Shown: positions 1-9,697, counted from the whole stretch's first letter. The stretch is 63,921 bases of DNA, filler included, from an uncultured virus (IMG/VR IMGVR_UViG_2049941000_000289) (14 parts of one record of this genome joined end to end with filler, not necessarily neighbours in it); one strand, 5' to 3'. The notes: generated by a model not told the origin, from the sequence alone. Program-made: numbers and translations.

Positions 1-148
1 CGCTATTAACGATGGCACCTCCCAGCGTCTTTACCGTTGCCGCAGAAGAGGTACCATACACTTGATTGCTCTTTTTCCTTGCCTTGACTTTGATGTAATA
101 GGTCGTATTCGGAGAAAGTCCGGTGATGGCTTTACTGGCCGACGTTCC
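1..148 (-). CDS. Fragment of the FN3-containing phage tail protein (third allele)
   Basis: Near-identical to 14100-14247 and to the reverse complement of ~11430-11576 (GLSPNTTYYIKV motif). Confidence 0.85.
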
Positions 149-225
149 NNNNNNNNNNGAGCATGATCACCGCCTGTTCGGTGGTCGGCGGCATATCGTG
201 GGTGGAGTAGTAGCCNNNNNNNNNN

Positions 226-550
226 AGATTATCAACCTTGTGTACTCTCTGAAGCGTCCTTACCGCAAGAATGCGGTATTCCTCGCGAACGATGTCTGTG
301 TTGCTGAACTTCGCAAGCTGAAGGATAACAACGGTCAGTATCTCTGGCAGCCTTCTCTGCAGGCCGGTGAGCCGGATCGTGTGCTGGGCTATAAGGTCTA
401 CACCTCTCCGTATTTCCCGGTTCCCACTGCTGGCGGCACTGCTGTCGCTTTCGGTGATTTCAGCTATTACAATATCGGTGACCGTGGCACTCGTTCCTTT
501 GCAGAGCTCAAGGAGCTCTTTGCCGGTAACGGCATGATCGGCTTCGTGGC
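226..550 (+). CDS. HK97-family major capsid protein, C-terminal fragment (lineage A)
   Basis: LRKLKDNNGQYLWQPSLQAGEPDRVLGY...AFGDFSYYNIGDRG. Confidence 0.9.
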
Positions 551-613
551 NNNNNNNNNNTTCGTCGGTATAATAGACGGCGAGGAATCAGAATTTGAAG
601 GAGAGATATATCA

Positions 614-853
614 ATGAACATAGAAAAAGTCGAGAAAAATGGAAGCATCTGTGCAGTTGTTCGTAGCGGGGAACTTGTGATCACCGATTCACAGTCTGCC
701 CTTGATCTACTTATGACGGTGAAATATGAAGCGGAAACGAAGAATATTGTTATCGATAAGAAGCTGATTATTGAAGATTTCTTTATCCTCAGTTCCGGTC
801 TTGCAGGAGAGATTGACTTATTTACCATTCTCAGGGTCTTGAACCAAAATTGA
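614..853 (+). pseudogene. DUF4180-like protein, apparently C-terminally truncated
   Basis: RBS AAGGAG; ITDSQSALDLL...EDFFILSSGLAGEI matches DUF4180 N-terminal motifs, then diverges and stops at 79 aa. Confidence 0.6.
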
Positions 854-879
854 TTTCCCTGGTCGCCGAGGGTGACATA

Positions 880-908
880 TTGACAACATAGACGACATGT
901 GCTATAAT
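880..908 (+). promoter_or_regulatory. Consensus sigma70/sigmaA promoter
   Basis: TTGACA(880-885)-17 bp-TATAAT(903-908) with extended -10 TG. Confidence 0.8.
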
Positions 909-955
909 AAANNNNNNNNNNNNNNNNNNNNNNNNNNNNNNNNNNNNNNNNNNNN

Positions 956-967
956 TTAATTAATTAA
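956..967. other. Artificial scaffold linker TTAATTAATTAA in N padding (13 copies starting at 956, 2318, 14301, 31313, 37648, 48941, 50848, 52367, 55050, 57621, 59829, 61379, 62641)
   Basis: Identical 12-mer with stops in all six frames, always flanked by N runs. Confidence 0.97.
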
Positions 968-1127
968 NNNNNNNNNNNNNNNNNNNNNNNNNNNNNNNNN
1001 NNNNNNNNNNNGTTGCATGACTTCATATATGAAAGCAACAAGGGTCATGATGTGTTCTTTGTTGCGACCGAGGGCGAAGCGGTGGATTGTCTGTGTCGAC
1101 AAATTCCCGCCTAACGAGGTAACCGCC

Positions 1128-1310
1128 ATGAAGCAAATCACGAATAAAGAATACGAAGAGTGGCAGAAATACAAAGCGGAGAAAGCGAAGGGCCACGTTC
1201 TGCTACCGGATACCGTCAGGTTCATCTGCGAGGCCAACGGCTATGACGCAGAGAAAATCGGGCAGCACTTCCTTGAAATCCTTCCGAAGATCTGTCCGAA
1301 AGAAGAATGA
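1128..1310 (+). CDS. Small hypothetical protein (60 aa)
   Basis: RBS GAGGT, ATG at 1128, stop 3 bp before the next gene. Confidence 0.6.
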   Translation: MKQITNKEYEEWQKYKAEKAKGHVLLPDTVRFICEANGYDAEKIGQHFLEILPKICPKEE

Positions 1311-1313
1311 GGG

Positions 1314-1782
1314 ATGAATATGAAAATCAATCCGAATAAGGTCATAGAGGATCGACTGGCTGCCAGCTTCGGTCTTGAACAGTATGGATACATCATTTCT
1401 CAATGGAAGAATGTCGATGTGTCGGCTGACGAGGANNNNNNNNNNGGAGTTATCTTTCGCTGACATTATTACATATCTTTATGAGCAGACAGGAAACGTC
1501 GAGCCGTCCTTTTCCAGTAAGATGTACGCTACGCTCAACACAGATAAGCCCATCTGGGACCAGTATGTTTTGAAGAATCTGAACCTGCAGCTCGAAGGAA
1601 AAGGAGAAGAACGCCTCCATAACGCCATAGACCTTTATGTAAGGATTGAAGCATGGTATGAAGAATTCCTCAAAACTCAAAACGGGAAAGACTGTATCGA
1701 TGCCTTCGACAAAGCCCTGCCGATATACAGCTGGATAAGTAATACAAAGAAAATCGACTGTTTTCTCTGGGGAATGAGATAA
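1314..1782 (+). CDS. Hypothetical protein, possible HhH-GPD/glycosylase-like fold (gapped); paralog of 60358-60865
   Basis: Shares TGNVExSFSSKMxATxxxxKPIWDQYVL and WxSxTKKID with the 60358 ORF. Confidence 0.7.
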
Positions 1783-1818
1783 TAAAACGCCTCCGAGCCG
1801 ATGTGGTTCAGAGGCGTT
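1783..1818. terminator. Intrinsic terminator between convergent genes
   Basis: AACGCCTC(1786-1793)/GAGGCGTT(1811-1818) stem with T-run on the minus strand. Confidence 0.6.
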
Positions 1819-1833
1819 GCTGCATCTATGGGA

Positions 1834-1927
1834 TTATGCCTTGATCTCGGTGCCGTCCTTGAAGGTCACCCGGATGTCGTTCTTGACCAGATGCGTTCTA
1901 TCCATATCGGCAAAATCTATCCTCTTC
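1834..1927 (-). CDS. Fragment ending in a large serine recombinase-type C-terminus
   Basis: ...NDIRVTFKDGTEIKA* resembles the typical end of these recombinases. Confidence 0.5.
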
Positions 1928-1937
1928 NNNNNNNNNN

Positions 1938-2273
1938 TGGTGACGCTACCTTCGACCAGATTATCCTCGACGCTCACAAGCTCCATGTGGCGATCAAGGT
2001 AACCGAAGAGCTCCTGTACGACAACGCCTTCAACCTTGAGAACTACATCCTTACGCAGTTCGGCAAGGCTCTGTCCAATGCCGAGGAAGATGCCTTCATC
2101 AACGGCACCGGCGTCGGCCAGCCTCTTGGCATTCTGGCTGAAACCGGCGGCGCACAGGTTGGCGTTACTACTGCTTCCAGCACCAAGGTTACTGCCGATG
2201 AGATTATCAACCTCGTGTACTCTCTGAAGCGTCCTTACCGCAAGAATGCGGTATTCCTCGCAAACGATGTCTG
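1938..2273 (+). CDS. Major capsid protein, middle fragment (lineage A)
   Basis: GDATFDQIILDAHKLHVAIKVTEELLYDNAFNLE...EEDAFINGTGVGQP. Confidence 0.9.
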
Positions 2274-2373
2274 NNNNNNNNNNNNNNNNNNNNNNNNNNN
2301 NNNNNNNNNNNNNNNNNTTAATTAATTAANNNNNNNNNNNNNNNNNNNNNNNNNNNNNNNNNNNNNNNNNNNN

Positions 2374-2644
2374 AAGCATGGATATCACCGGCACCACGGC
2401 AAAGGAAGCTGAGCACACCATTTCCGGCTCGATCAACTCTCTTCAGGCGGCAGTAAAGAATCTTGTTGTCGGCTTTGGAGACGCTGATGCGGATATGCAG
2501 ATGCTCTGTGAGAACGTTGTTGATGCTTTCCAATCCGTTATAGAAAACATCACTCCGGTCATTGAAAACATCGTGGCTGCACTTCCGACGGTCTTGAATT
2601 CGCTGATTGAGGCTGTTCTTGGCCTGTTGCCGACGCTGCTTGAA
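2374..2644 (+). CDS. Tape measure protein, middle fragment (lineage A)
   Basis: MDITGTTAKEAEHTISGS; overlaps the allele at 16900-17064. Confidence 0.85.
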
Positions 2645-2654
2645 NNNNNNNNNN

Positions 2655-3501
2655 CGACTGGCCTTGCAGGAACATTCCGTAGATGCGCTTGACCAGCTTG
2701 GCCTGTTCCGGATTCACCACGAGGTTGTGGTCCGGTCCCATGTCGTAGCCCAGAAACCGCTTGAACGGGACTGTGACCTTGCCGTCTGCAAACCGTTTCC
2801 GCTGACCCCATGTGCAGTTCTCGGAAATGGATCTGGACTCCTCCTGTGCCAGCGAGGACATGATCGTGAGCAGCAGCTCGCCCTTGCCATCGAAGGTCCA
2901 GATNNNNNNNNNNCACGAGGTTGTGGTCAGGCCCCATGTCGTAGCCCAGAAACCGATTGAACGGGACTGTGACCTTGCCGTCTGCAAAACGTTTCCGCTG
3001 GCCCCATGTGCAGTTCTCGGAAATGGATCTGGACTCTTCCTGTGCCAGTGAGGACATGATCGTGAGCAGCAGCTCGCCCTTGCCATCGAAGGTCCAGATG
3101 TTTTCTTTCTCAAAATAGCACTCTACGTTGTGTTCCTTCAGGGAGCGGATGGTGGTAAGGCTGTCAACTGTGTTTCTGGCAAAACGGCTGACCGACTTTG
3201 TGATGATCAGGTCGATCTTCCCGGCGAGGGCGTCGGCCACCATGCTTTTGAAGCCCTCACGCTTTTTGGTGTTCGTCCCGGTGATACCCTCGTCGGTATA
3301 GACACCGGCGAACTCCCAATCGTCCCGTCCTTGGATGTAGTTGGTATAGTAATCGACCTGCGCTTCGTAGCTGGTCAGCTGCTCCTCGTTGTCGGTGCTG
3401 ACACGAGCGTAGGCCGCCACACGTCGCTTCTTGGTGCTGTTGATCGGTGCCGCCGTGAAGCGTGACAGCGTCGCTGGTATCGTGGTTACGGATTTGGCCA
3501 T
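2655..3501 (-). CDS. Large serine recombinase 2, N-terminal part (two overlapping allelic fragments)
   Basis: VAAYARVSTD, YTDEGITGT, TKSVSRFARN, SLAQEESRSISEN. Confidence 0.92.
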
Positions 3502-5402
3502 TTCTTTTCGCTCCTTATTTTCTTGATTCTCTCACTCATTGCCTCCCTGCGCTCGTCTGTCCAAGCGGCTTTCATGGATTCTCTGGCTTTTTCTCTCCGC
3601 TCCTCGGTCCAAGGGGTACCATGCCGCTTATCCAAGAAGTCTCTGGATTCGGTGTGGCCGTCCCGAAAATGGAATGTAACCGTGTGGTCGAGGATTGTGG
3701 CATNNNNNNNNNNCTTCATGGATTCTCTGGCTTTTTCTCGCCGTTCCTCGGTCCAAGGAGTGCCGTGCCGCTTATCCAAGAAGTCTCTGGATTCGGTATG
3801 GCCGTCCCGGAAATGGAATGTAACCGTGTGGTCGAGAATTGTAGCGTTTTCAATCTGGGCGTCCATCGCAGCCTCGTCGAACTCGTCAAGGCCGAGAACG
3901 TCGGTCACCAGCCGCTTCATGGTCTCGTCCCGGATGCCGGGGTTGTGGCATTGATCCTTCGGGCCGGTGCAGTACCAAGACCGTGTCGGAGTGCCGTCCT
4001 TGCGCTTTCCGGACTGGCAGCGATAATTGGCACCACAGCAGCCGCACTTGATGAAGCCGGTGAACTCGTAGAAAAGGTGCTTGTTGGGATTGGTGTCTTT
4101 GCGCTTGTGCCGTTCTCCCCAGAGCTTTCTGCGCTCGTCCGTCCACCAGTCGGTCTTGGCGGTAGACTGCCATTTGGTGGTGACCTCGTGGCCGTCGTAA
4201 AAGCGGAAGGTCAAGGTGTCGTCTCCGATGACGATGACCTCCTCAATCTGCTGGCTGAAAACGTCCTCGTCAAACTCGTCAAGGCCCAGCACCTCGGCAG
4301 TGGCGTTATGGAGCATCTTCTCCGGTATGTTTTTTGAGGGGCAAGCCGACGCTCCTTTCTGGCTTTTCGTCTGACAGGTCCAAACGTAGTAAACCTCACC
4401 GGCAGTGTTCCGCTTCCCGCTGTGGCGGTAGTGCTTTCCGCAGCAGCCGCAGGTAATCTTGGTGGAGAAAGCGGATAGCTTCAGAGATTTATTTCCGAAG
4501 GGGCCAAGGTCCCGTCTGCGCTTGAACTCGGCCTGTACCGCTTGCCATTCATCCATCGGGATTATCGCCTCGTGGGTGTCCTCGACGAAATACTGCGGCA
4601 TCTCACCGTAATTCTTCCTGCGGTGCTTGGTGATCGGGTCTTCGCAGTATTCTTTCTGGAAAAGCATGTTCCCGGTGTAAGTGATGTTTGTCAGGATGAC
4701 CTTCACATTGGAATCCACCCACGGCTTTCCCTGCCGGGTATAGATGCCTCGTTCCATCAGGGCTCTGCCGATCTCAATTCGGGATGCGCCTTTCATGTAC
4801 TCTGCGTACATCCATCGAATGATCTCGGCTTCCTCTGGAACGATGACCAGTTTGTCATCCTGCCACTCATATCCGAAGATGGTGAACTTGCCGTTTGGGA
4901 TGCCCTGCTTGAACCGCTTGATCGTGGCCCAGCGCACGTTCTCGGAAATGCTGCGGCTTTCTTCCTGTGCGAAAGAAGCGAGGATGGAAAGCATCAACTC
5001 TCCGTCGCCGCTTAAGGAATTGATGTTTTCCTTCTCGAAGCGCACCTCAATGCCGAGCTCTTTCAGGTGTCGGACCGTGTTCAGAAGATCCACGGTGTTC
5101 CTCGCAAACCGCTGGATTGACTTGGTGAGGATGATGTCGATGTTTCCGGCTTCACACTCAGCCAGCATGCGGTTGAACTCATCACGCTTTTTGGTGCCGG
5201 TGCCGGAGATCCCGTAATCCGCAAAAACGCCAGCATATTCCCATTCGGGGTTCTTCTGAATCAGTGCGCTGTAATAGCTCACCTGTGCAGAAAGCGAGTG
5301 CTGCATCCGCTCGGATTCCATCGACACTCTGGCGTAGGCAGCGACTCGCTTTCTTGCTTTCAGAACCGGCAGTTTTCGCTCGATTTTCTCTACTGTTTTC
5401 AA
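3486..5402 (-). CDS. Large serine recombinase 1 with two Zn-ribbons (C-terminal duplication is a gap artefact)
   Basis: VAAYARVS, ADYGISGT, TKSIQRFARN, recombinase domain, two CGCCG Zn-ribbons; TTG start after RBS. Confidence 0.93.
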   Translation of the reverse strand: MKTVEKIERKLPVLKARKRVAAYARVSMESERMQHSLSAQVSYYSALIQKNPEWEYAGVFADYGISGTGTKKRDEFNRMLAECEAGNIDIILTKSIQRFARNTVDLLNTVRHLKELGIEVRFEKENINSLSGDGELMLSILASFAQEESRSISENVRWATIKRFKQGIPNGKFTIFGYEWQDDKLVIVPEEAEIIRWMYAEYMKGASRIEIGRALMERGIYTRQGKPWVDSNVKVILTNITYTGNMLFQKEYCEDPITKHRRKNYGEMPQYFVEDTHEAIIPMDEWQAVQAEFKRRRDLGPFGNKSLKLSAFSTKITCGCCGKHYRHSGKRNTAGEVYYVWTCQTKSQKGASACPSKNIPEKMLHNATAEVLGLDEFDEDVFSQQIEEVIVIGDDTLTFRFYDGHEVTTKWQSTAKTDWWTDERRKLWGERHKRKDTNPNKHLFYEFTGFIKCGCCGANYRCQSGKRKDGTPTRSWYCTGPKDQCHNPGIRDETMKRLVTDVLGLDEFDEAAMDAQIENATILDHTVTFHFRDGHTESRDFLDKRHGTPWTEERREKARESMKXXXXATILDHTVTFHFRDGHTESRDFLDKRHGTPWTEERREKARESMKAAWTDERREAMSERIKKIRSEKKWPNP

Positions 5403-5418
5403 TGAAATCCCTCCTTCC

Positions 5419-5460
5419 GGTAGTGTCTATATATCACTCTAAAAGGCCGGAATATCAAGC
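5419..5460 (-). promoter_or_regulatory. Conserved phage promoter-like box, copy 1, upstream of the recombinase
   Basis: CTTGATATT-N7-TTTAGAGTGATATATAGACACTACC; same box at 45593, 45777 and 46969. Confidence 0.7.
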
Positions 5461-5625
5461 GTTTTCGGATAATAATGTACCCAAATATGGCCGGTATTTT
5501 TCGAGCAGAATTGTATCAATTTCAGCGTATTCCTCCTCGGTGATCAGGCCCTTTTCGAGCATGGATTTCGCCATTGAAATCGCTGCATGGTAGAGCATAT
5601 CGTTGTGGAGCTCCTCCTTGCTCAT
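5455..5625 (-). CDS. SHOCT-like small protein (56 aa), not in the ORF track
   Basis: MSKEELHNDMLYHAAISMAKSMLEKGLITEEEYAEIDTILLEKYRPYLGTLLSENA; overlaps the upstream stop. Confidence 0.75.
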   Translation of the reverse strand: MSKEELHNDMLYHAAISMAKSMLEKGLITEEEYAEIDTILLEKYRPYLGTLLSENA

Positions 5626-6041
5626 CAGGCATCACCGCCTTTGAACCGGGCCGCAATATAACAGCCGTGGGAGCAGTACTTGCGCTTGGCGTTTCCGTAG
5701 GCCGTGAACTCCTTCCCGCACTCTGGGCAGATAAAGGTATAAACGGCCTTCTGCTTTACGGCCTCCGGGTGAGCGTTCCACCATGCCGTCCGGCATTCCG
5801 GGCAGCAGAACTTCTTCTGTTTCCGTCCGGGGTGCTGGATCAGCGTCTTGCTGCAGTTCAGACAAAGCTGCGTGGGGACCTCAGCAAGGCTGTGACTCTC
5901 TGCCTTTTCACCGGCGAGACCGTGGGAGCGGCAGTAGGCTTTGACGCTGTCCTTTGAAAGACCGACACTGTTAGCGACAGCAGTATATCCGAAGCCCTGA
6001 TGCCGCAGGGCTGTTATCTTTTCTCTTTGCTCGTTGGTCAT
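5625..6041 (-). CDS. Sigma70 region 4-like HTH protein with Zn-finger repeats
   Basis: HTH (GFGYTAVANSVGLSKDSVKAYCR) plus CLNC...CCPEC and CPECG...CSHGC; RBS GGAGG. Confidence 0.75.
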   Translation of the reverse strand: MTNEQREKITALRHQGFGYTAVANSVGLSKDSVKAYCRSHGLAGEKAESHSLAEVPTQLCLNCSKTLIQHPGRKQKKFCCPECRTAWWNAHPEAVKQKAVYTFICPECGKEFTAYGNAKRKYCSHGCYIAARFKGGDA

Positions 6042-6118
6042 GAGATTGTCCTCCAGTCTGAGAGGGGCTCCTCTCACTACCCACTGGAGGAAAATGGCCA
6101 AAGTGGTCCGCATAAAGG

Positions 6119-6162
6119 CAAAAAAATAATGGCCCACCGCAGAAATAATCTACGATGGGCCA
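6119..6162 (-). terminator. Intrinsic terminator after the endolysin
   Basis: TGGCCCATCGTAG/CTGCGGTGGGCCA stem followed by TTATTTTTTT. Confidence 0.75.
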
Positions 6163-6172
6163 GAAGGTCAGG

Positions 6173-7762
6173 TTATTTCAGGATTTCGTTGACACGGGCC
6201 TGAACCGCATAGTAGTCATAACCGGCAGCGGTCAGACGGTTCTTTCGGTCGGTGCCATTACCCCAGAGGCCACGGATGACCTCACGGGCAAGCTCGTCCA
6301 CGGTCTTCGTGGGCTTGGCGTTCACCAGTTTGAGGTCGGCTGCATTGACCGGGCTACAGATGGCGTTCTTGCCGTCCTCGCTCTTGTCGATAACGACACG
6401 GCTGCCATTCACCTGAAGGACGTACCAGTTCTTTGCCTTCACCCAAGCTGGGATGGTCTGGCCGCCATAGTACTTCGTGCCGGTAATCTTGACGAGATCA
6501 CCTTTTTTGAAGGAAACGGAAGGTAGCGGTTCCGGCTGCGTAGGGACCGTCGGGGTCTGGCCCGAACCGGTGAATCCGTTGAGCTTGGCGTTCTTGATGA
6601 TGGTCGGATAGTCCTTGTAAGCGATATCGGTATCGACGTTGCCGTTGATGCCGCTCACTTTGCCGGTGGACGAACTCTGCCACATCCCGAAGACTCCGGT
6701 ATAGGTCGGAGCGGAGGCCCACTGTGCCAACCAGTGATCGAAACGCTTCAGCTTGGAATCGTCGAGGTAGTTCTTCAGCCAGTTGAGGTTGCTGTACAGG
6801 GAGCAATAGAAACCAGCCTTTTCGATTGCATCACCGAAAGCGATAACCATATCCGTTAGAACAGTCTTTCCAAGGCTCTGCTGGGTCTTGTCCTCCAAGT
6901 CAAAAGCCACCGGATAGGTAAAGACGCCTTTATACTTCTGAAGAACACTCACGACATAGGCAGCTTCTTTCTTCGCAGCGGCCACAGAGGTGGCGTAGGA
7001 ATAGAAATAGCAGCCAATGTCAATTCCGGCCTTGAGAGCGTTTGCCACGTTCTTCTCGAAGTACCCGTCAAGGCCGCAGGAGTTGCCGTCAGCGGAGCCA
7101 TAGCCGAGGCGGATCATAGCGAACTTCACGCCGTCTGCTTTTACCTTGCTCCAGTCGATTTCACCCTGCCACTTGGAAACATCGATGCCTTTGACAGTTG
7201 TGTCGGTGGAAGGCATGGTCTGCTGGGTATAAGTGACATACGGCAGCTTACCGTGCTTCGTCCAGTTTCTGCGGTTGTACCCGGCAACGTTCCTGTTGCA
7301 AGCGGTGATCTGCACTTTGTTGTCCCAGCGAGGGGTGCATTCGACAGCCAGACCGTCGCCCACATAGACGCCGATATGACCTTCCATCCAGACGGCTTCA
7401 CCGACCTCGATCTTGGAGAAATCGGTGGACACGTTCTTGCAGACGGTGATCATGCTGTCTGCGCCGATGTCAGGGACTCCGTTGGAAGCGTAGGTGGCAC
7501 CGCCGTAGATGGCGTTCTTGTCGCCGGACCAGCCCCAGAGTACGCCTTTGATGAGACAGACGCAGTCAAAGCCGAAGGTATCGGCAGAGGCAGCGTTGAT
7601 TATGGCGGTTCTGGCGGCCTGCCTGTTATAGCTGTGGTTCTGGGTGTAACGCTTCTTGTTGGTGGCCGTCATTGGCGCACCGAAGCAGCCCATCACATAG
7701 AGAGTTTTGTAGTTCTTTGCGATATTCTTGAGCTTATTCGCAAGTTCAATGTTCGTCATCAT
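6173..7762 (-). CDS. Endolysin: NlpC/P60-CHAP-like peptidase + GH25 muramidase + SH3-like + Cpl-7 (CW_7) domain
   Basis: FDCVCLIK...GHIGVYVG; GIDVSKWQG...AFDLED; TVDELAREVIRGLWGNGTDRKNRLTAAGYDY. Confidence 0.88.
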   Translation of the reverse strand: MMTNIELANKLKNIAKNYKTLYVMGCFGAPMTATNKKRYTQNHSYNRQAARTAIINAASADTFGFDCVCLIKGVLWGWSGDKNAIYGGATYASNGVPDIGADSMITVCKNVSTDFSKIEVGEAVWMEGHIGVYVGDGLAVECTPRWDNKVQITACNRNVAGYNRRNWTKHGKLPYVTYTQQTMPSTDTTVKGIDVSKWQGEIDWSKVKADGVKFAMIRLGYGSADGNSCGLDGYFEKNVANALKAGIDIGCYFYSYATSVAAAKKEAAYVVSVLQKYKGVFTYPVAFDLEDKTQQSLGKTVLTDMVIAFGDAIEKAGFYCSLYSNLNWLKNYLDDSKLKRFDHWLAQWASAPTYTGVFGMWQSSSTGKVSGINGNVDTDIAYKDYPTIIKNAKLNGFTGSGQTPTVPTQPEPLPSVSFKKGDLVKITGTKYYGGQTIPAWVKAKNWYVLQVNGSRVVIDKSEDGKNAICSPVNAADLKLVNAKPTKTVDELAREVIRGLWGNGTDRKNRLTAAGYDYYAVQARVNEILK

Positions 7763-8025
7763 TGTGCTCGTCCTCCTTTTCAGCACGGTCATGCAGCTGT
7801 TCAAGCACTGCTTTCAGCTTTGCGGGAATCGGCAGACCGAGGTGGCCAGCGTTCTCGATGAGGGANNNNNNNNNNGACAATGGCGCACATGATGCCGGTG
7901 ATGTAGTCGATGACCACAAAGGCCAAGAGTGCGTACAACAGGCCGTCACAGCCTCCCAAGAACCATCCAAGCCAACCGCCGACAGCGGCAAAGATAACCT
8001 GAATGGTCGTCCAGAATTCTTTCAT
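7746..8025 (-). CDS. Phage holin (toxin secretion/phage lysis type); missing middle lies at 8792-8953
   Basis: GGWLGWFLGGCDGLLYAL...DYITG; SLIENAGHLGLPIP. Confidence 0.9.
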
Positions 8026-8047
8026 TGTGAGATCCTCCTTTGCATTT

Positions 8048-8413
8048 TTAATTGAGCCATGACGGTTTTTCTGGGGCCGTCAGGGTGTCCGTAACTTTGA
8101 GCCAGTCGGAATACCAGACCTGCAGCTCCGCTTTCTGCTTTTCGGAGAGTCGGTCATACCAGAGCTGGCCACGGTTGATATAGGAAAAGCACTCTGCTTC
8201 ACGCCGCTTTCGCAGGTCGTCACAAAGTGCTTTTCTCTCGATTTCTGTATTCTGTTGTTCGTCGTATTCGAGGGTTCCGTCCCGGACCAGATAAGACTGG
8301 AAGTGAGCCTCAAAGTGCTCGATGTCCGGTGGTTCCGGAACCTCTATGCCATCGATGATTTTACCGATCAGGGCGTAGGACGAAACATATCCGTCTTCAA
8401 TCAGTACCTGCAT
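8048..8413 (-). CDS. Putative tail fibre chaperone/assembly protein
   Basis: Lies between the fibre C-terminus and the holin; ends WLKVTDTLTAPEKPSWL. Confidence 0.6.
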   Translation of the reverse strand: MQVLIEDGYVSSYALIGKIIDGIEVPEPPDIEHFEAHFQSYLVRDGTLEYDEQQNTEIERKALCDDLRKRREAECFSYINRGQLWYDRLSEKQKAELQVWYSDWLKVTDTLTAPEKPSWLN

Positions 8414-8424
8414 GTTGTGCCTCC

Positions 8425-8781
8425 TTAAGTCAAACCGAACACCCGGCTGATCGTTCCGCTGCCTGTGCTGATGGTCAGCGTTACAGTTGAGCCGGAATAT
8501 TTTAGGTTAAAACAGCGATAATAGGATTCATCAGTGATCTGATACTTTACGTCAGAGGTTGTGATCATCCCTTTTGGAACGACAATACCTGCTATAGCAG
8601 TCGCAGATCCCGGCTGTCCCAGAATCAGATAGGCGTTGTAATTTCCATAGTTAAAGGTGATACTTCCGCTTGACAGCGAACCGTTATAAAGGGATGTGCA
8701 GGTGATACCAAGATTGGTTCTGGCAGCAGCTGCTGTTGTTGCTCCCGTCCCGCCGTGTCCTATCGCAACAGTTCCCGTGAC
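8425..8781 (-). CDS. Tail fibre C-terminal fragment
   Basis: GGTGATTAAAARTNL fibre motif followed by a beta-rich tip. Confidence 0.75.
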   Translation of the reverse strand, partial: VTGTVAIGHGGTGATTAAAARTNLGITCTSLYNGSLSSGSITFNYGNYNAYLILGQPGSATAIAGIVVPKGMITTSDVKYQITDESYYRCFNLKYSGSTVTLTISTGSGTISRVFGLT

Positions 8782-8791
8782 NNNNNNNNNN

Positions 8792-8953
8792 AACACCCTC
8801 GTTGGAAATGTAGAAGAAAATGACGGCAGTACGCAGTACAGAGCCGGTACCGATAACCTGTGCATCAATGATGTGGCCGATGCCGACAAGGGCAAAGATC
8901 AGCACCTTCTTGAAGATGCCCTTGAAGCCTACTGCCGAGGACAGCTTCTTATC
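8792..8953 (-). CDS. Holin middle fragment (displaced)
   Basis: LSSAVGFKGIFKKVLIFALVGIGHIID...FFYISNEG. Confidence 0.85.
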
Positions 8954-9261
8954 NNNNNNNNNNCCTCAACAGCTATGTCGGAACCATGACAGAGACGCTT
9001 GAGACAGTCACCGATAACCTTGGAAACGAGCATCAGACCGTTCTGGAGATGCAAGCGCAGATGTCGCAGCTTCAGCAGACCATTGACGGTCTGACCGTTC
9101 AGGTCACGAACCAGTACGCTGGCGGCCTGAACTTCATTCAGAACTCTGCGGGGCTAAACGGCATCTCCGACGATTGGGTCAAGACCGGCACCGTCACGGT
9201 TGATACTTCGACTGACACCCAGAACAACACCACATCCGACAGCTGCTTTGTNNNNNNNNNN

Positions 9262-9685
9262 GAATATGTACTCCGGCTGTACTACAAACACTTTGACCAT
9301 CTATGCGGCTGCTGTTGAGAGCTATGCGGTCATTCGTTGCTGCGTCAAGGATACCGACTCCGCATCAGCTACCTACAACAGCAAGTTCTATGATGTCTGC
9401 ACTTTCATCGACAACTCCGACCCGCTACAGGTCATCATTTCTTCGACCGGTGGTGACATCTTCAAAAATGGTGTCGGCACAACGGTTCTGACAGCGGTCT
9501 GTTATCAGGCCGGAGCCGAAGTAGATGCTGCAGGAAACGGCACCTATACATGGACCAAATACGACAAGAACGGAGCCATCGACACTGCATGGGGCACCAA
9601 CGGCACCAAGACGGGAAAGACACTCTCCGTGTCCACTTCGGACGTCGATACCAAAGCAACCTTTATGGTCGTGGTGAATATCTGA
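9262..9685 (+). CDS. Tail/baseplate protein, C-terminal part (N-terminus at 14686-15444)
   Basis: Overlapping NMYSGCTTNTLTIYAAAVESYAV sequence joins the two fragments. Confidence 0.8.
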
Positions 9686-9697
9686 GGAGGTGCTTCC

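Noticed and set aside
956..967. Recurring TTAATTAATTAA as a biological repeat
   Set aside because: Synthetic six-frame-stop linker inside N padding
2655..3850. Near-identical repeat pairs as DGR template/variable repeats or real tandem duplications
   Set aside because: Mismatches are mixed and mostly synonymous, not adenine-specific; every pair abuts an N gap; no reverse transcriptase in the window
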